Positions 34,601 to 43,979 of a stretch of DNA of 64,000 nt are shown here, in pieces. The DNA comes from a virus. A program made the translations under genes and the position numbers. The notes under the pieces are model-generated. The model did no database searches. It worked only from the letters and a program-made list of their open reading frames with translations, and was not told the origin of the DNA. Every line of letters starts with the position of its first letter. The stretch's first letter is position 1. The stretch lies in the IMG/VR virus record IMGVR_UViG_3300027769_000918, positions 1 through 64,000 of that record, one strand, 5' to 3'.

Positions 34601-37600
34601 CCGCCAGTTGTTATTGATTGTTTTGACCCGTCATATCCTGTAACAACAGCTGTTGTTTTTCCTTTTTTACCTGAAGCTGATGTAGGGCTTGTATAGATAA
34701 ATGGCTTATCCCCAGAAGCGGCCTTTGCTTCTGCTGCATTCATTGTAGGAGGTTTTTGGCCATCTGTGTACTGATCAAAACTATGTGGTCTAAAACCTGA
34801 AGGAGTATTTGCTAAAATCATAGCTTGTCTAAATCCAGGTCTTAACTCGGCTGGTAAAGAACGCATTGTATCTTTTCTTGCCCAGTCGTATACCTGAGCA
34901 AGGGTGTCATCATGATAAACTCTTCCATCCTGCAATCCCTTTGCAGCATCAAGTAGTCTTCTCTTAAATAACATTTGTGTTTGCTTATCCATTGGTGGAA
35001 GATATTTAAACAGCTTTGAGTTTCTAGCTGCAAGCGCTCTTATTAACTCTGATTTTGTAAGACCTCTTTTGCCCATTCTAAGAGCTTGGTTTTCTTCGTT
35101 ATAAAGTCCTAGCTTGTTTGAATCTATAACATCAACCTTATGATCTGGTAAAGCTTTTGCAAAAGATTCAGTTCCTTTTGGAAGATGTGGACCAAAATCT
35201 GAAAGCAATTCATGTGCCCTATACTCCATTGGCATGCTTGCATGAGCGCCAACTGTTTTGCTTGATGAGCTAATTCCTAAATCATTTAACTTGTCTAATA
35301 GTGGTACTCCAAGCTTATCTACAGCGGATTTTCTTAATACATATTCTCCCTCTGTAAGCCATGCTGGAACTGTATCTGTGCCACTTGGGCCTCCGCCTGC
35401 CATATAAACAGGTCCGCCAGTTGCCATTCTTTTTGGCATAGTTGTTGCTATGCTATATGGCGCACCGTATGTTTTTACACCTAAACCTTGAGCAATTCTA
35501 TTAAGAAGACCTCTTGTTCTTCCTGGACGAGAAAGCTCTTTCATATTTGATTTTCCAGCGCCGTCTACAACTGGTTGGTTTAGCAGTGGAACGGAAGTTA
35601 AATTAATACTTCTTCCTTGTTGTCCTGCAATATCAACTGCAGCGCCAGCTATCATGCTTTCAACCTGTGCATTAAGAGCCATAATTTTTGCTCTTGCTTG
35701 GTCAACCTGAATTTTACCAGCTTGCATTTCTGCAACAATTGCTGCAGATTGTTTTGCAGCATTTGCAGTTAAGTTTGTCATTGTTGGAAGTAGTGCTTCA
35801 TAAGAATCAGAAAGTTCTCTAGTAATTAAACCAGTTCTTGAAACTTCTGTCTTTAATGCTTTAATTTCTGTTTCTGATTGCATTGCTAATGCACCAGTCA
35901 TTGCATGCCACTTTGCTGCTTCTTCTGCAACAACTCCAGTCGACACTCCCTTTATAGAAGTTAGTCCTTCAACCGCAGGGAGATCTCCAGACATATACAT
36001 CTGTGGATTGTTGCTAATTTTTTGATTTACTCTAGGAGCTCCTGGGACAACTCCAAAAATTGTTTGAGCAGCTCTTTGTTCTGCTGTCATTCCAGCTACA
36101 GGATTCATGTGTGACATTGAGCGTGTATCTGTTGGGCTTAATAGTGGATGATTTGGATTTACCTGTCTTCCGCCGCCAGCAACAAGATTTCCAGCCATTG
36201 TAGTAAATGCTGGTGCTACCGATATTGCTCCTGATTTTGCTTTTTGTTCAAGTATTGTAAATTCAGCAATCAGACCATCTATTGCATTTTTAAGAACTGT
36301 TGCTGCTTTTGCATCGCTATAGAATGTAGCTTCTACAAGAGATCCCGCTTTTTGTGCTGCAAGAATTTCTGGAGTAAGCATTTTCCAGCCTTCTCCACCT
36401 TTAAACAATGCTCTAAAGTGTGAGGCTCCCTTAATAATATATCCAAAGAAGTTTGCAAGCACACCAGTCAACATAATAATTGGTCCCATGACCGCAGTAA
36501 GTCCTGTAACAAATGTTAAAATTGTTTTTACTGGGCCAGGTAGGTTGTTAACAAATTTAACTACGCTATCTGTAACGTTAATAAAAAATGTTTGTACTTT
36601 AAGAAATTCTTCTCCAATGCCAGCAAGGCTTGCTTTTAAAGACTCCACGGCTCTCTTGTACTTACCAGAAGCTGACTCTGTAACAAGACTTAATTCTCGG
36701 CTAGCTACATTTGCTAAGTCTTGTGAGCTTGCCTTCATTAAATCCATTACCTGTAATGTTTGGCTTCCTTGTTTTCCTAGATTCTCAAACAAAGCATTCA
36801 TTCTTGCAAATTGAAATTTACCAAATAGTTGCTCTATTGCTTGTTGCTTTTGAAGTGGATTTAAAGCATCAAGAGCAGACTGTAGCTCAAGAATCATTCC
36901 AGTTAGATCTCCAGCATTATCATTAACAATATTTTTAAGACTTATTCCCATACCTGCAAATTGTTCTTGTGCAACTTTTGTTGGGTTAATCAATGATGCA
37001 AGTGCTGACTTTAAAGCATTAGCGCCTTCTGATGCATTAATTCCGCCTTCTTTCATTGCCGTCATGTATAATGCTAAATCTTTTACGCTTCCACCAAGAC
37101 CTTGTACTACTGGTCCTGCTTTTGGAATAGCTTCTATTAAATCTGCAAGGCTTGTTGATGTCTGGTTTTCAACCGAGTTAAGGAAGTTAATTGATTCAGA
37201 TAATTGTTCTGTGTTTTGTTTAAATGCGGTTTGAATTGCAAGCGTTGCTTTCATTGCATCTTGTCTATCAACTTCACCAAGGACTGCAAGTCTTGTTGTT
37301 TCTTTTACGGAGTTAATAAGATCATTTCCAGTTTTTCCAGTTGCTGCTACATCCGCTGCAAGCTGAATTGTTTCTTTAAATGATGTACCGTATGCTTTTG
37401 CTAATTCTCTTGCAGTTGAAGATACTTCGTTTCTAATTTTTGCAAGATCTGCGGAAGAGCTTGCAGCAACTCCTCCGTATACTTTTGTAAGTCTTGTAAG
37501 CTCTGCATCTGCTTCTCTAAATGATTTTGCTGCTGCTGCGCCTAGTGCAACTAAAGGAACTGTAAGTCCTACTGTTAACTGGCGGCCAGCCCACTGAGTA

Positions 37601-38133
37601 TTTTTACCCCAATTAATTAATTGAACTCCACCATCTTGAATAACCTTGTTCATGATCTGAAGCTCTTGTCTTGCAAGAGAAGTCTTATTTTTTACAGCAT
37701 CTAGACCTTGAGGTATGTGAACATTGTATTGCATTAAGCCTTGAGCATTTTTGCCCAACGGCTGGATGATTGCATTTTGTAAAGCAACTTGCTGCTTAGC
37801 AAGATCTCTAATTAATCCGCCAGATGTTCTTGTGTGATCCTGAAATGTTCTAAAATAATCACGGAGTTTAAGTTTTCCAGTGTCTAGATTTCTTCCAAAC
37901 TTCTCTACATCAGATGTTAGTGTTACAAAGTGCGTAGAGAATTGACCTGTTCTTCTTAGGTTTTCCGCAAAAGATCTGTTCATAACTGCAACTTGATTTG
38001 CAAGTTTTGCATCAGATGCAATTATTTGTGCTTGTAATTTAGATAAAGAGGCTGATACCCTATTGACATCTGCAATAAGATTTGAAAAATCTGCATTAGC
38101 AACTATATTGGTTACTATGTTCTCATCAGCCAT
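31678..38133 (-). CDS. Tape measure protein
   Basis: 2151 aa, Ala-rich and helical; TP901-type core (GINASEGANALKS); TM-like stretches; follows the tail chaperones. Confidence 0.95.
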   Translation of the reverse strand: MADENIVTNIVANADFSNLIADVNRVSASLSKLQAQIIASDAKLANQVAVMNRSFAENLRRTGQFSTHFVTLTSDVEKFGRNLDTGKLKLRDYFRTFQDHTRTSGGLIRDLAKQQVALQNAIIQPLGKNAQGLMQYNVHIPQGLDAVKNKTSLARQELQIMNKVIQDGGVQLINWGKNTQWAGRQLTVGLTVPLVALGAAAAKSFREADAELTRLTKVYGGVAASSSADLAKIRNEVSSTARELAKAYGTSFKETIQLAADVAATGKTGNDLINSVKETTRLAVLGEVDRQDAMKATLAIQTAFKQNTEQLSESINFLNSVENQTSTSLADLIEAIPKAGPVVQGLGGSVKDLALYMTAMKEGGINASEGANALKSALASLINPTKVAQEQFAGMGISLKNIVNDNAGDLTGMILELQSALDALNPLQKQQAIEQLFGKFQFARMNALFENLGKQGSQTLQVMDLMKASSQDLANVASRELSLVTESASGKYKRAVESLKASLAGIGEEFLKVQTFFINVTDSVVKFVNNLPGPVKTILTFVTGLTAVMGPIIMLTGVLANFFGYIIKGASHFRALFKGGEGWKMLTPEILAAQKAGSLVEATFYSDAKAATVLKNAIDGLIAEFTILEQKAKSGAISVAPAFTTMAGNLVAGGGRQVNPNHPLLSPTDTRSMSHMNPVAGMTAEQRAAQTIFGVVPGAPRVNQKISNNPQMYMSGDLPAVEGLTSIKGVSTGVVAEEAAKWHAMTGALAMQSETEIKALKTEVSRTGLITRELSDSYEALLPTMTNLTANAAKQSAAIVAEMQAGKIQVDQARAKIMALNAQVESMIAGAAVDIAGQQGRSINLTSVPLLNQPVVDGAGKSNMKELSRPGRTRGLLNRIAQGLGVKTYGAPYSIATTMPKRMATGGPVYMAGGGPSGTDTVPAWLTEGEYVLRKSAVDKLGVPLLDKLNDLGISSSSKTVGAHASMPMEYRAHELLSDFGPHLPKGTESFAKALPDHKVDVIDSNKLGLYNEENQALRMGKRGLTKSELIRALAARNSKLFKYLPPMDKQTQMLFKRRLLDAAKGLQDGRVYHDDTLAQVYDWARKDTMRSLPAELRPGFRQAMILANTPSGFRPHSFDQYTDGQKPPTMNAAEAKAASGDKPFIYTSPTSASGKKGKTTAVVTGYDGSKQSITTGGTKMFKKSIREEGSNWLGRFMPVGRKRVSTDYNSAMLTKKWRRGYATGGYVGKGGPQGYANGGMVLDGYADGGPVKGYAGGGLVAGLLAAMGIPILGNMLGNKVGGTPGAAISNVSNILPFLLPMGAMSGMTRGITSKLPQGATSTVKPLAQTSGNLMAMGKAGSSAGAVMSKLGPIFGRVLASVTPLGLAITGVTTALTVGYTAWKKHQENLKLNALGFGLTAEAAQKAGLKYTDYNQKIKDSIQRSKDLMEANKLAYESMTQAGIPIKMTITEYKKLKDEVKSAFSEQIKLINSTKKAELGDVAVRLKTQLMAAGMSAEDATKKIYAMMSLSKNAGMAAASTVGNQDFNAITDAKTAAGGSLKSFDTAARLGEAQAQAAALNTALTAIDAGVDEIVRKSEEAARKDKTNKTEAISKIQAEIKMMDYLNASQFRQTKLTRDTINEMAKANPAIKELASTSDTVVSVWQKLRLQAMGLAGDLSKLNAEQTAALYNIGNIISEKVIAANKGKGGLLEQEYKDLGALKKQRDDLAKKAAGQSVQAQIDSKKRLKELQDQIDKTNKLADARIKALNAAKEDADLNREMESARLELQFAESTGNTAQAAQARLRYEGAVNNIQNLGQTRAIQAAADKANAGPLAEIKKIQSANEKLADAAALAGTGLASLDKKIAGLIGTIDGLNNAQSAYQLNLAKWKTENPGMTETDFLKTELGKYLSAGLVSPTKAAGANLPAANGAYPGKGGWVPATNPAATAAAMSSKAFTTDTFIVGDKNLATILDKAFKGGANGNLPTVTTNGAGGRTITKPLAGTRPPQFKNLTEANTASADKSKNTFTDSNGTKWVLSVNRNGANWNAPGGWTMPAIKAGKGLMDIDPKIPTIVGDMGPELLYNNMVIPNLSSIPFASPSFNIPAGAKALTGLLPGSSSSESTIVYQTFNQAPGEDADAFIRKVTQATVQAIGKDAKLIKSQSGESRLI

Positions 38134-38143
38134 TTATCAGTAT

Positions 38144-38512
38144 TTACTCCTTAACATATCCTAATCCTGCTCCGATTCCGAATCCTGCTTCTGCTGCAAA
38201 TTCTCCTTGTAGTGAAACTACATCATCTGAACTTGCTGTTATTCCTAAAGCCCTTCTTCGAACATCTTCAAAGGTAGAACCGTTTTCTTTTTCTTCTTCG
38301 CCCTCTAAGTTTATACCTTTAAGTCCTGCAGTAAACTTTCTGCTTTCTGTTTCCTTTTTAGATATAGACTTTAGAGTTTGAATAAGTTCTGGCATTGAAA
38401 GATTTGCTTCTAGCTCATCATAATTCCGCCAATGTCCTAGAAGAAAAACTTCTCCTTCTAAGGCAGCTAGATCTAGTTCATCCCAGCTAGAACCGCCGCC
38501 TGAGTTAAATTT
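38144..38512 (-). CDS. Tail assembly chaperone, -1 frameshifted C-terminal extension (gpGT-like)
   Basis: The -1 frame is open from slippery A-AAT-TTA (38512-38506) through WDELDLAALEGEVFLLG...MPEL to the stop at 38144; fusion about 222 aa. Confidence 0.8.
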   Translation of the reverse strand, partial: KFNSGGGSSWDELDLAALEGEVFLLGHWRNYDELEANLSMPELIQTLKSISKKETESRKFTAGLKGINLEGEEEKENGSTFEDVRRRALGITASSDDVVSLQGEFAAEAGFGIGAGLGYVKE

Positions 38513-38811
38513 GCTGACTCATCATCCATCTTAATTCCACCACATACTTCGAGTATGCGATTGATAGTAGGAATGTCAAGAGCTTCTTCTAAAGCGTCTC
38601 TATCTTTTACAAGATCTGGAACTTGCTTTTCTAGTGCAACTCCACAAGCCTCAATTAGTAGGTCTAGCGATTCACCTTGATCGGTGACTGATGCAGTCTT
38701 TTGAATAACTGCCATAAACTTTCTTAGCTCTTTAATTGATAAAGGCTTCAACGTAACTGTTGTGCCATTTTGCAGCTTGATTTCTTCTGTGCTATATATT
38801 GTAGTAGCCAA
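38473..38811 (-). CDS. Tail assembly chaperone (gpG-like)
   Basis: TTG start at 38811 with AGGAGG RBS; lies between major tail and tape measure genes. Confidence 0.85.
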   Translation of the reverse strand: MATTIYSTEEIKLQNGTTVTLKPLSIKELRKFMAVIQKTASVTDQGESLDLLIEACGVALEKQVPDLVKDRDALEEALDIPTINRILEVCGGIKMDDESANLTQAAVLAGMN

Positions 38812-38870
38812 TGTGTATCCTCCTAGGATTGTCTTAATTATTATAACATAAAGCATTTACCAGTACAACA

Positions 38871-38898
38871 ATAAAGCCCCCATAAATGGGGGCTTTAT
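38871..38898 (-). terminator. Intrinsic terminator after the major tail gene
   Basis: ATAAAGCCCCCAT-AA-ATGGGGGCTTTAT inverted repeat. Confidence 0.8.
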
Positions 38899-38912
38899 CT
38901 ACTTAATTTTAA

Positions 38913-39599
38913 TTAAGCTGGTGTCCAAGTACGGTCAATAATCTTACCGTATTCTGAACCTGTGTAACCTGCGTCTGGAAGCAAACGGAATGTTACTGGG
39001 AATGATGTTGGTGTATTACGTGCAAGTGAGAATTGTGACTGTTGTACAGACAATACACGACGTGCATAGTAAATACGCTCTGTTGTGGCTGAAGTGTCAG
39101 TTGGAGCTTGTCCAATTGCTACTAGCTGGCGCTCTGTTGGTGCAATACCAAGAGAACCTGCTTCTAGTCCAAGTGTCTTACCTGCGTTTGTAAGAGTTCC
39201 TTGTCCTTGTCCGAAAACTACTAGAACGTTCTCTAGTGTTCCTTCTGCCATTTCTGTTGCGATCATAACTTCCATCGCAGACTTGAAAAGCTTTGCTGTA
39301 TCAAGTAACTGGTCAACAGTTACTGAATCGTAAGTTGGGTTATAAGTGATCTGAAGACCATTGTTTGTATAACCTACGTTACGGTAAGCGTTATCTGTTA
39401 CAGCTTGTGCTGCGTCAAGAGTTGTACGGTATGATGTTGCAGAGTTAAATCCTGGAACACCGTCCTTCTTTCCAGCTGTTGCAGTCTTTGCAACTCCTGG
39501 CTCTTGGTTTTCAACATAACCTGTTACAGTTGAATCTGAATTCGAGATGTAAAGCGGTGAAGCTCCCACAAGAATATTTTTGGCTGAGTTAAATGCCAT
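38913..39599 (-). CDS. Major tail (tube) protein
   Basis: NILVGASPLY, VGYTNNGL...VTVDQLLD, FPVTFRLLPD; strong RBS, own promoter and terminator. Confidence 0.88.
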   Translation of the reverse strand: MAFNSAKNILVGASPLYISNSDSTVTGYVENQEPGVAKTATAGKKDGVPGFNSATSYRTTLDAAQAVTDNAYRNVGYTNNGLQITYNPTYDSVTVDQLLDTAKLFKSAMEVMIATEMAEGTLENVLVVFGQGQGTLTNAGKTLGLEAGSLGIAPTERQLVAIGQAPTDTSATTERIYYARRVLSVQQSQFSLARNTPTSFPVTFRLLPDAGYTGSEYGKIIDRTWTPA

Positions 39600-39683
39600 A
39601 GTGTCTTACCTCCTGTTTTAAAAATATATATATATTGTTAAACTTTGAAATCTTGGCTGGCTAGGCCCTTCCCTCTATATCCA

Positions 39684-39712
39684 ATTTTAGTGTATAATGC
39701 CCCAAAAGGCAA
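39684..39712 (-). promoter_or_regulatory. Structural-gene promoter TTGCCT-N17-TAAAAT
   Basis: Same architecture as the site at 45356-45328. Confidence 0.6.
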
Positions 39713-39713
39713 A

Positions 39714-40223
39714 CTATAGGAATCTGCCGTTTGAATCTACATGCCTTGCATATTTTACTTCAAGTATCACATCGGCTGACAGGAAGCCTGCTAGCTCCTC
39801 TGAAGGGGCTGTAGGAGAGATGTCTGCAACAAATATGCTATAAAACTTAAACTTCTGGGATATACCTGAATACAGGTTTGTGTCTCTTGCAGACTCATCC
39901 ATTCTTCTATATAGGTCAGTCATTAAATTTCTGATCTGATTAATCTCAGATATATCTGTAGAGTATATAGTAAATAGAATTTGCTCGCAGCATATTACCC
40001 AGTTGTCCTCGTAAGACATACCTACCTTATCGTAGACTATATGTTTTTTCCCGCTCAAAAATTGATTCATTTCTGGTTGCTGTTGTACTGGGATAATAGG
40101 AATTAATTCTTCTCCTAGATTATCGCTGTAGTAATCTGATGCTTGAAATAAACTATTTGATTTTAGTTGGCTCCATAAGTGCTTGCGAAGATCTAGCATT
40201 ACGTCATAGTTATAGTCTGTCAT
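39714..40223 (-). CDS. Tail terminator/completion protein
   Basis: Size and position just upstream of the major tail gene. Confidence 0.6.
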   Translation of the reverse strand: MTDYNYDVMLDLRKHLWSQLKSNSLFQASDYYSDNLGEELIPIIPVQQQPEMNQFLSGKKHIVYDKVGMSYEDNWVICCEQILFTIYSTDISEINQIRNLMTDLYRRMDESARDTNLYSGISQKFKFYSIFVADISPTAPSEELAGFLSADVILEVKYARHVDSNGRFL

Positions 40224-41002
40224 ACGGCACCTCCAAATGCTGCTACAAGGGCAGTTTCTGCCTGCATATTTACTGTATTTGGAGAAAATGAATATTTAAC
40301 TTTTCTTATGTCTCCAGGGAGCTTTAAAGCCTTTGTCATAGAAGAATTAAAAATCTGCTGAAACCTTGAATTTTTTATTGAAAGGTTTACTAGATTTCCA
40401 GTAAAAAATTGTGCATAAGCAATCTTAAATCTTCCCGTTGCTTTTCCGCCTCCAGGTCTCTTTACCGTGACTGGCATCCCCTTTGGCATTCTAACAACAA
40501 AACCGTCTATCTCAAATACTAAACGTTCAGCACTTCTTGGTCGTATAACAACTGGGTTTCCTGCTTCCATAACGGAGGCTTTATTTGTAAATACGTGTCT
40601 GGACTTTCCAAAGTTTGTTGGGACCATGGATTTAGATGGCTTGAACTCAGAAACAATTTTAAATGAAAGTCCACTTACTCCAGACATCTTTAAATTAAAA
40701 AGTCTTGAAGACGGAACACCTACCTTTTTCCATTCATAGACATGGTGAAGAGTTTTTGGATTGATTCTTGCTTGAGAATCTACATAATTTCCAAAATCTT
40801 TTTCTATTTGGTTAAATAGAATTGTTTGGAACTTTGATTGAAATTGTTTGTTAGTTGTTACTTTTGAAACAACAGAAGCTTGATAATAAATTGCAGCAGA
40901 AATTTGTGCAACAGTGCTATCCTTTAAAACGGTGCCCTTAGCCCCAGACATGCTCTTGTGCAATCCGCTAGCTGCTTGAACTAATACCGCACTAGTATCC
41001 AA
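40220..41002 (-). CDS. Neck/tail-completion protein
   Basis: LHHVYEW motif; position in the head-tail module. Confidence 0.55.
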   Translation of the reverse strand: MDTSAVLVQAASGLHKSMSGAKGTVLKDSTVAQISAAIYYQASVVSKVTTNKQFQSKFQTILFNQIEKDFGNYVDSQARINPKTLHHVYEWKKVGVPSSRLFNLKMSGVSGLSFKIVSEFKPSKSMVPTNFGKSRHVFTNKASVMEAGNPVVIRPRSAERLVFEIDGFVVRMPKGMPVTVKRPGGGKATGRFKIAYAQFFTGNLVNLSIKNSRFQQIFNSSMTKALKLPGDIRKVKYSFSPNTVNMQAETALVAAFGGAV

Positions 41003-41420
41003 TTGTCTGGTTCTCCGATCTCTTTACAGAGGTATTGTATCCTACTACTGTGCCGAATGGATCTGTCATTGGTGTCGATCCCATTACTTCAAAAACAGTT
41101 GGAGTATCTGTTGGAAAATTAGCTTCTACCCAAATAGCGGTACCGCTTGAATCAAGAATGTTTGTTATTTTTTCACGAAGACTAACTTTGCCAGTTGTTC
41201 TAATTTGCAAAATCTGATCGTTTACATATCTATTACTTAACACTTGCTTGTCGCCAGTTCTTGTTGAAGCAGAATTAGATATCACGCCTTTTGCATGGCA
41301 AGCCATGCTTCTGTCGTACTGCCATTCTCTTTTAAGGGCGCCTGTATTTGGATCTTGATAGTCTACTTGCTTATACACATCCATCTTCATAGTTAAAACT
41401 GAATCTATGACGTTAAACAT
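40992..41420 (-). CDS. Head-to-tail stopper/closure protein
   Basis: Beta-rich, 142 aa, follows the adaptor. Confidence 0.6.
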   Translation of the reverse strand: MFNVIDSVLTMKMDVYKQVDYQDPNTGALKREWQYDRSMACHAKGVISNSASTRTGDKQVLSNRYVNDQILQIRTTGKVSLREKITNILDSSGTAIWVEANFPTDTPTVFEVMGSTPMTDPFGTVVGYNTSVKRSENQTIGY

Positions 41421-42400
41421 TAGATAACTACCATTTGATTAATTACATAAGGCAGTAATATTTGATCAACATATACGTTACCAGTGCCTCTGTAAGTTTC
41501 AGAGTTATATTCAAACTTCCAGTCAAATGTTGATATACTCTTCATATATTTGTCTCTCCAGACTTTGTCTTTTGAGAAATAGTCTTTCATAAGTTCAATT
41601 GCTGCAAGTTCAACTTCATCTGGCACTTGTTCCCAGCCATACCTGCCTGCAACACGGTATACGTTATCTTTTCCAAATGCCCCGTTGCCCATGTCATTTA
41701 TAGATGGAGGAACCATTCCGTTTGCCACATAGACTGTATTATCAATCATGTTTGCACGATTTACTCTTACTCCAAAACCGCTTTCAGAAATAATAGTGCT
41801 ATAGCTCCAATTATTAACGTTATTAATTGTATCAACTAATAATACGTCATTTTGATAAAGTTCATGTAGATCTGCTAGCTTAAATGGTAACGGAAGAACA
41901 TCTGCTCCTGCCCCATATACTGTCTGAACGTCATCATAAAGGCTAAATACTTGGCCTGTATAATTTTCAATTATTTTTCTTGCATACCTTTCGGCTTCCG
42001 CAATTTCAAAATAAGATCTATAATTTGGATCAGATGGGTCTGAACCAAGTTTTAAAACATCTCCTGCTTGTGTAATATCAACATATGGAGTTACTACAAA
42101 AAGTTTATGCTCTTTTGTAATAGCTGTTCCTTCAACAGAATATTCCCAAACAAGCTTAAGTTGTTTATTTCTATTTGTTAGTGAATGCGAAGGGTAAACT
42201 TCATAGACACCAATATCTGTTTCTAACTTTGTTGGAGTTAATGTTGTAACAAGTGTGCCTGGATTAATAGCAGGTGTTACTGCTGGGTCTTCCGTTATGT
42301 CGTATACTTTGACAGTTGGAAGACTATCAGCATCTTTTGGGGAGCCTTTCCAATAAACCTTGTGCTTTACTGGTGAGTTTGTACCTACTAATATCTCCAT
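41420..42400 (-). CDS. Head-to-tail adaptor
   Basis: AERYARKIIENYTGQ...GRYGWEQVPDEVELAAIEL. Confidence 0.7.
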   Translation of the reverse strand: MEILVGTNSPVKHKVYWKGSPKDADSLPTVKVYDITEDPAVTPAINPGTLVTTLTPTKLETDIGVYEVYPSHSLTNRNKQLKLVWEYSVEGTAITKEHKLFVVTPYVDITQAGDVLKLGSDPSDPNYRSYFEIAEAERYARKIIENYTGQVFSLYDDVQTVYGAGADVLPLPFKLADLHELYQNDVLLVDTINNVNNWSYSTIISESGFGVRVNRANMIDNTVYVANGMVPPSINDMGNGAFGKDNVYRVAGRYGWEQVPDEVELAAIELMKDYFSKDKVWRDKYMKSISTFDWKFEYNSETYRGTGNVYVDQILLPYVINQMVVI

Positions 42401-42410
42401 TTAATAAAGG

Positions 42411-42818
42411 TTAAGCGTAGTAATCCTGAACTTCTTTAGGGGTTGCTATGCGGAAACCTTCCTCCTTGTCAAAAATTTTCTGAGCATCTTCTTCTGTCAT
42501 TGCAACAAAAGGGTGCTCTTTTGTAAATGTATATCCAACTATATCGTATCTGTAATTCTCTCTTGTCATTCTGACTAGAACTGTGTCCTCTGCCTTTTCT
42601 GACTTTGGATCAAATCTAGGAAGAATTTCTTCTGTTTCAGCAAACTCTTCAGCCGCCTCTTCAACATCCTTAATTGTCTTTTGATATACAGACCATGTTA
42701 CGCCCTCTTCGGCAAGTGCGGCAATAACGTCTGCCTTATTCTTAATTCCATCAGTATCAACTGCAAAGTCCTCTGCAATTTTTCTGAGTTCTGCAACTTT
42801 TAATGTCTCAAATGACAT
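42411..42818 (-). CDS. Hypothetical protein with N-terminal Rho-N/HeH-like motif
   Basis: FETLKVAELRKIAEDF.....KNKADVIAAL; TGCTATAAT promoter at 42852-42844. Confidence 0.65.
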   Translation of the reverse strand: MSFETLKVAELRKIAEDFAVDTDGIKNKADVIAALAEEGVTWSVYQKTIKDVEEAAEEFAETEEILPRFDPKSEKAEDTVLVRMTRENYRYDIVGYTFTKEHPFVAMTEEDAQKIFDKEEGFRIATPKEVQDYYA

Positions 42819-42867
42819 ATATTCTCCTTTGTTAGGTCCTTTAATTATAGCATTGTTAAATTAAAAT

Positions 42868-42899
42868 GAAAAGCCCCCAAAATTAATTGGGGGCCTTTC
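42868..42899 (-). terminator. Intrinsic terminator after the major capsid gene
   Basis: GCCCCCAA-N6-TTGGGGGC stem followed by TTTT on the minus strand. Confidence 0.8.
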
Positions 42900-42914
42900 T
42901 AGGGTTAATTCTAA

Positions 42915-43964
42915 TTAAGAAGCAACCTTAACGTTCTTTACGACTACCCAAGCGTCAGCTTGTTCGATTTGGACGCCAACACGTGTGTACATTGTGTACT
43001 CGATTGAGTCCTTACGTGGCCAGAAGAAACGGTAAACAGTTACATCACGCTTGATACCAATAACTACGTTATTTGGGAATGTCAAGTGGATATCTCCGTG
43101 TGAACCAGTTTGTCCTGAGTAATCTCCAGCTTGTGTCTCTGGAAGAAGTGGAACTTCAACAATCGGAATACCGAATGCGAATGGTGCCACATATCCTGCA
43201 GGTCCACCTAGTGGTGCAACTCCACCACGAATAACGCTTGAAGCGATATCTTGTGGAATTGTTTGGTTTGTTCCAATGCTGTTAGCATATAGGAAGTCCT
43301 GAATCAAGTTTGATCCAGCAAGGAAGCGAAGGTCTCCACGACGTTGCTTGTACTTACGTGGCATAGCCTTAAGTGCCTTGTTGAATACTTCACGAGAAAC
43401 TCCAGCACCGTTTGCGTCTACGACACGTCCTGATGCCTTTGCCTTCTTTACAACGCCATCAAATGACTTGTAAAGTGCGTCTCCTGTTAGGGATGTGTTT
43501 CCGTTAAGGATAACATCTTCGATGTCATTTCCTGCTTGTGTTGCCATCAAGCGGGCAATGTGATCTTCTAGGTCTGCACCTTCAATGTTGTCTTCTAGAG
43601 ACTCTGTTGAAAGCTCCCAGTCCATACGAAGCTTCTTTGTTGTCAAAGAGATCTTTGAGAAAGTTACTGCACTGTTTTCACCAGTGTTTTCTCCTTCTGA
43701 TGCGAGACGCATAAGCTTCTCGCCGATTGACATGCGGTCAATCTCTGCTGTGTCTGCCTTAAGTCTAACTGTACGGGCAACCTTACCGATTACGGTTGCG
43801 TCGAACATATAGTCTAGGAAGCGAGCAGATTGTTCTGGGTTAAGTAGTCCACCGTTTCCGTTTTCGGAAGCTCTGTGTACTCCTGTTCCACCAGTTGTTG
43901 AGCCAAATCCAGTTGATACTGTTGCACCAGCTGCGGCTGCTTTTTCTAATAGTTCATTGCTCAT
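42915..43964 (-). CDS. Major capsid protein (HK97 fold)
   Basis: GGLLNPEQSARF, ELSTESLEDNIEG, ILNG, FGIPIVEVP; follows the scaffold and is followed by a terminator. Confidence 0.92.
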   Translation of the reverse strand: MSNELLEKAAAAGATVSTGFGSTTGGTGVHRASENGNGGLLNPEQSARFLDYMFDATVIGKVARTVRLKADTAEIDRMSIGEKLMRLASEGENTGENSAVTFSKISLTTKKLRMDWELSTESLEDNIEGADLEDHIARLMATQAGNDIEDVILNGNTSLTGDALYKSFDGVVKKAKASGRVVDANGAGVSREVFNKALKAMPRKYKQRRGDLRFLAGSNLIQDFLYANSIGTNQTIPQDIASSVIRGGVAPLGGPAGYVAPFAFGIPIVEVPLLPETQAGDYSGQTGSHGDIHLTFPNNVVIGIKRDVTVYRFFWPRKDSIEYTMYTRVGVQIEQADAWVVVKNVKVAS

Positions 43965-43979
43965 ATTATTTCACCTACC

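Noticed and set aside
39623-39636. (AT)n run as a replication origin
   Set aside because: Too short, no iterons, and it lies within the leader of the major tail gene.
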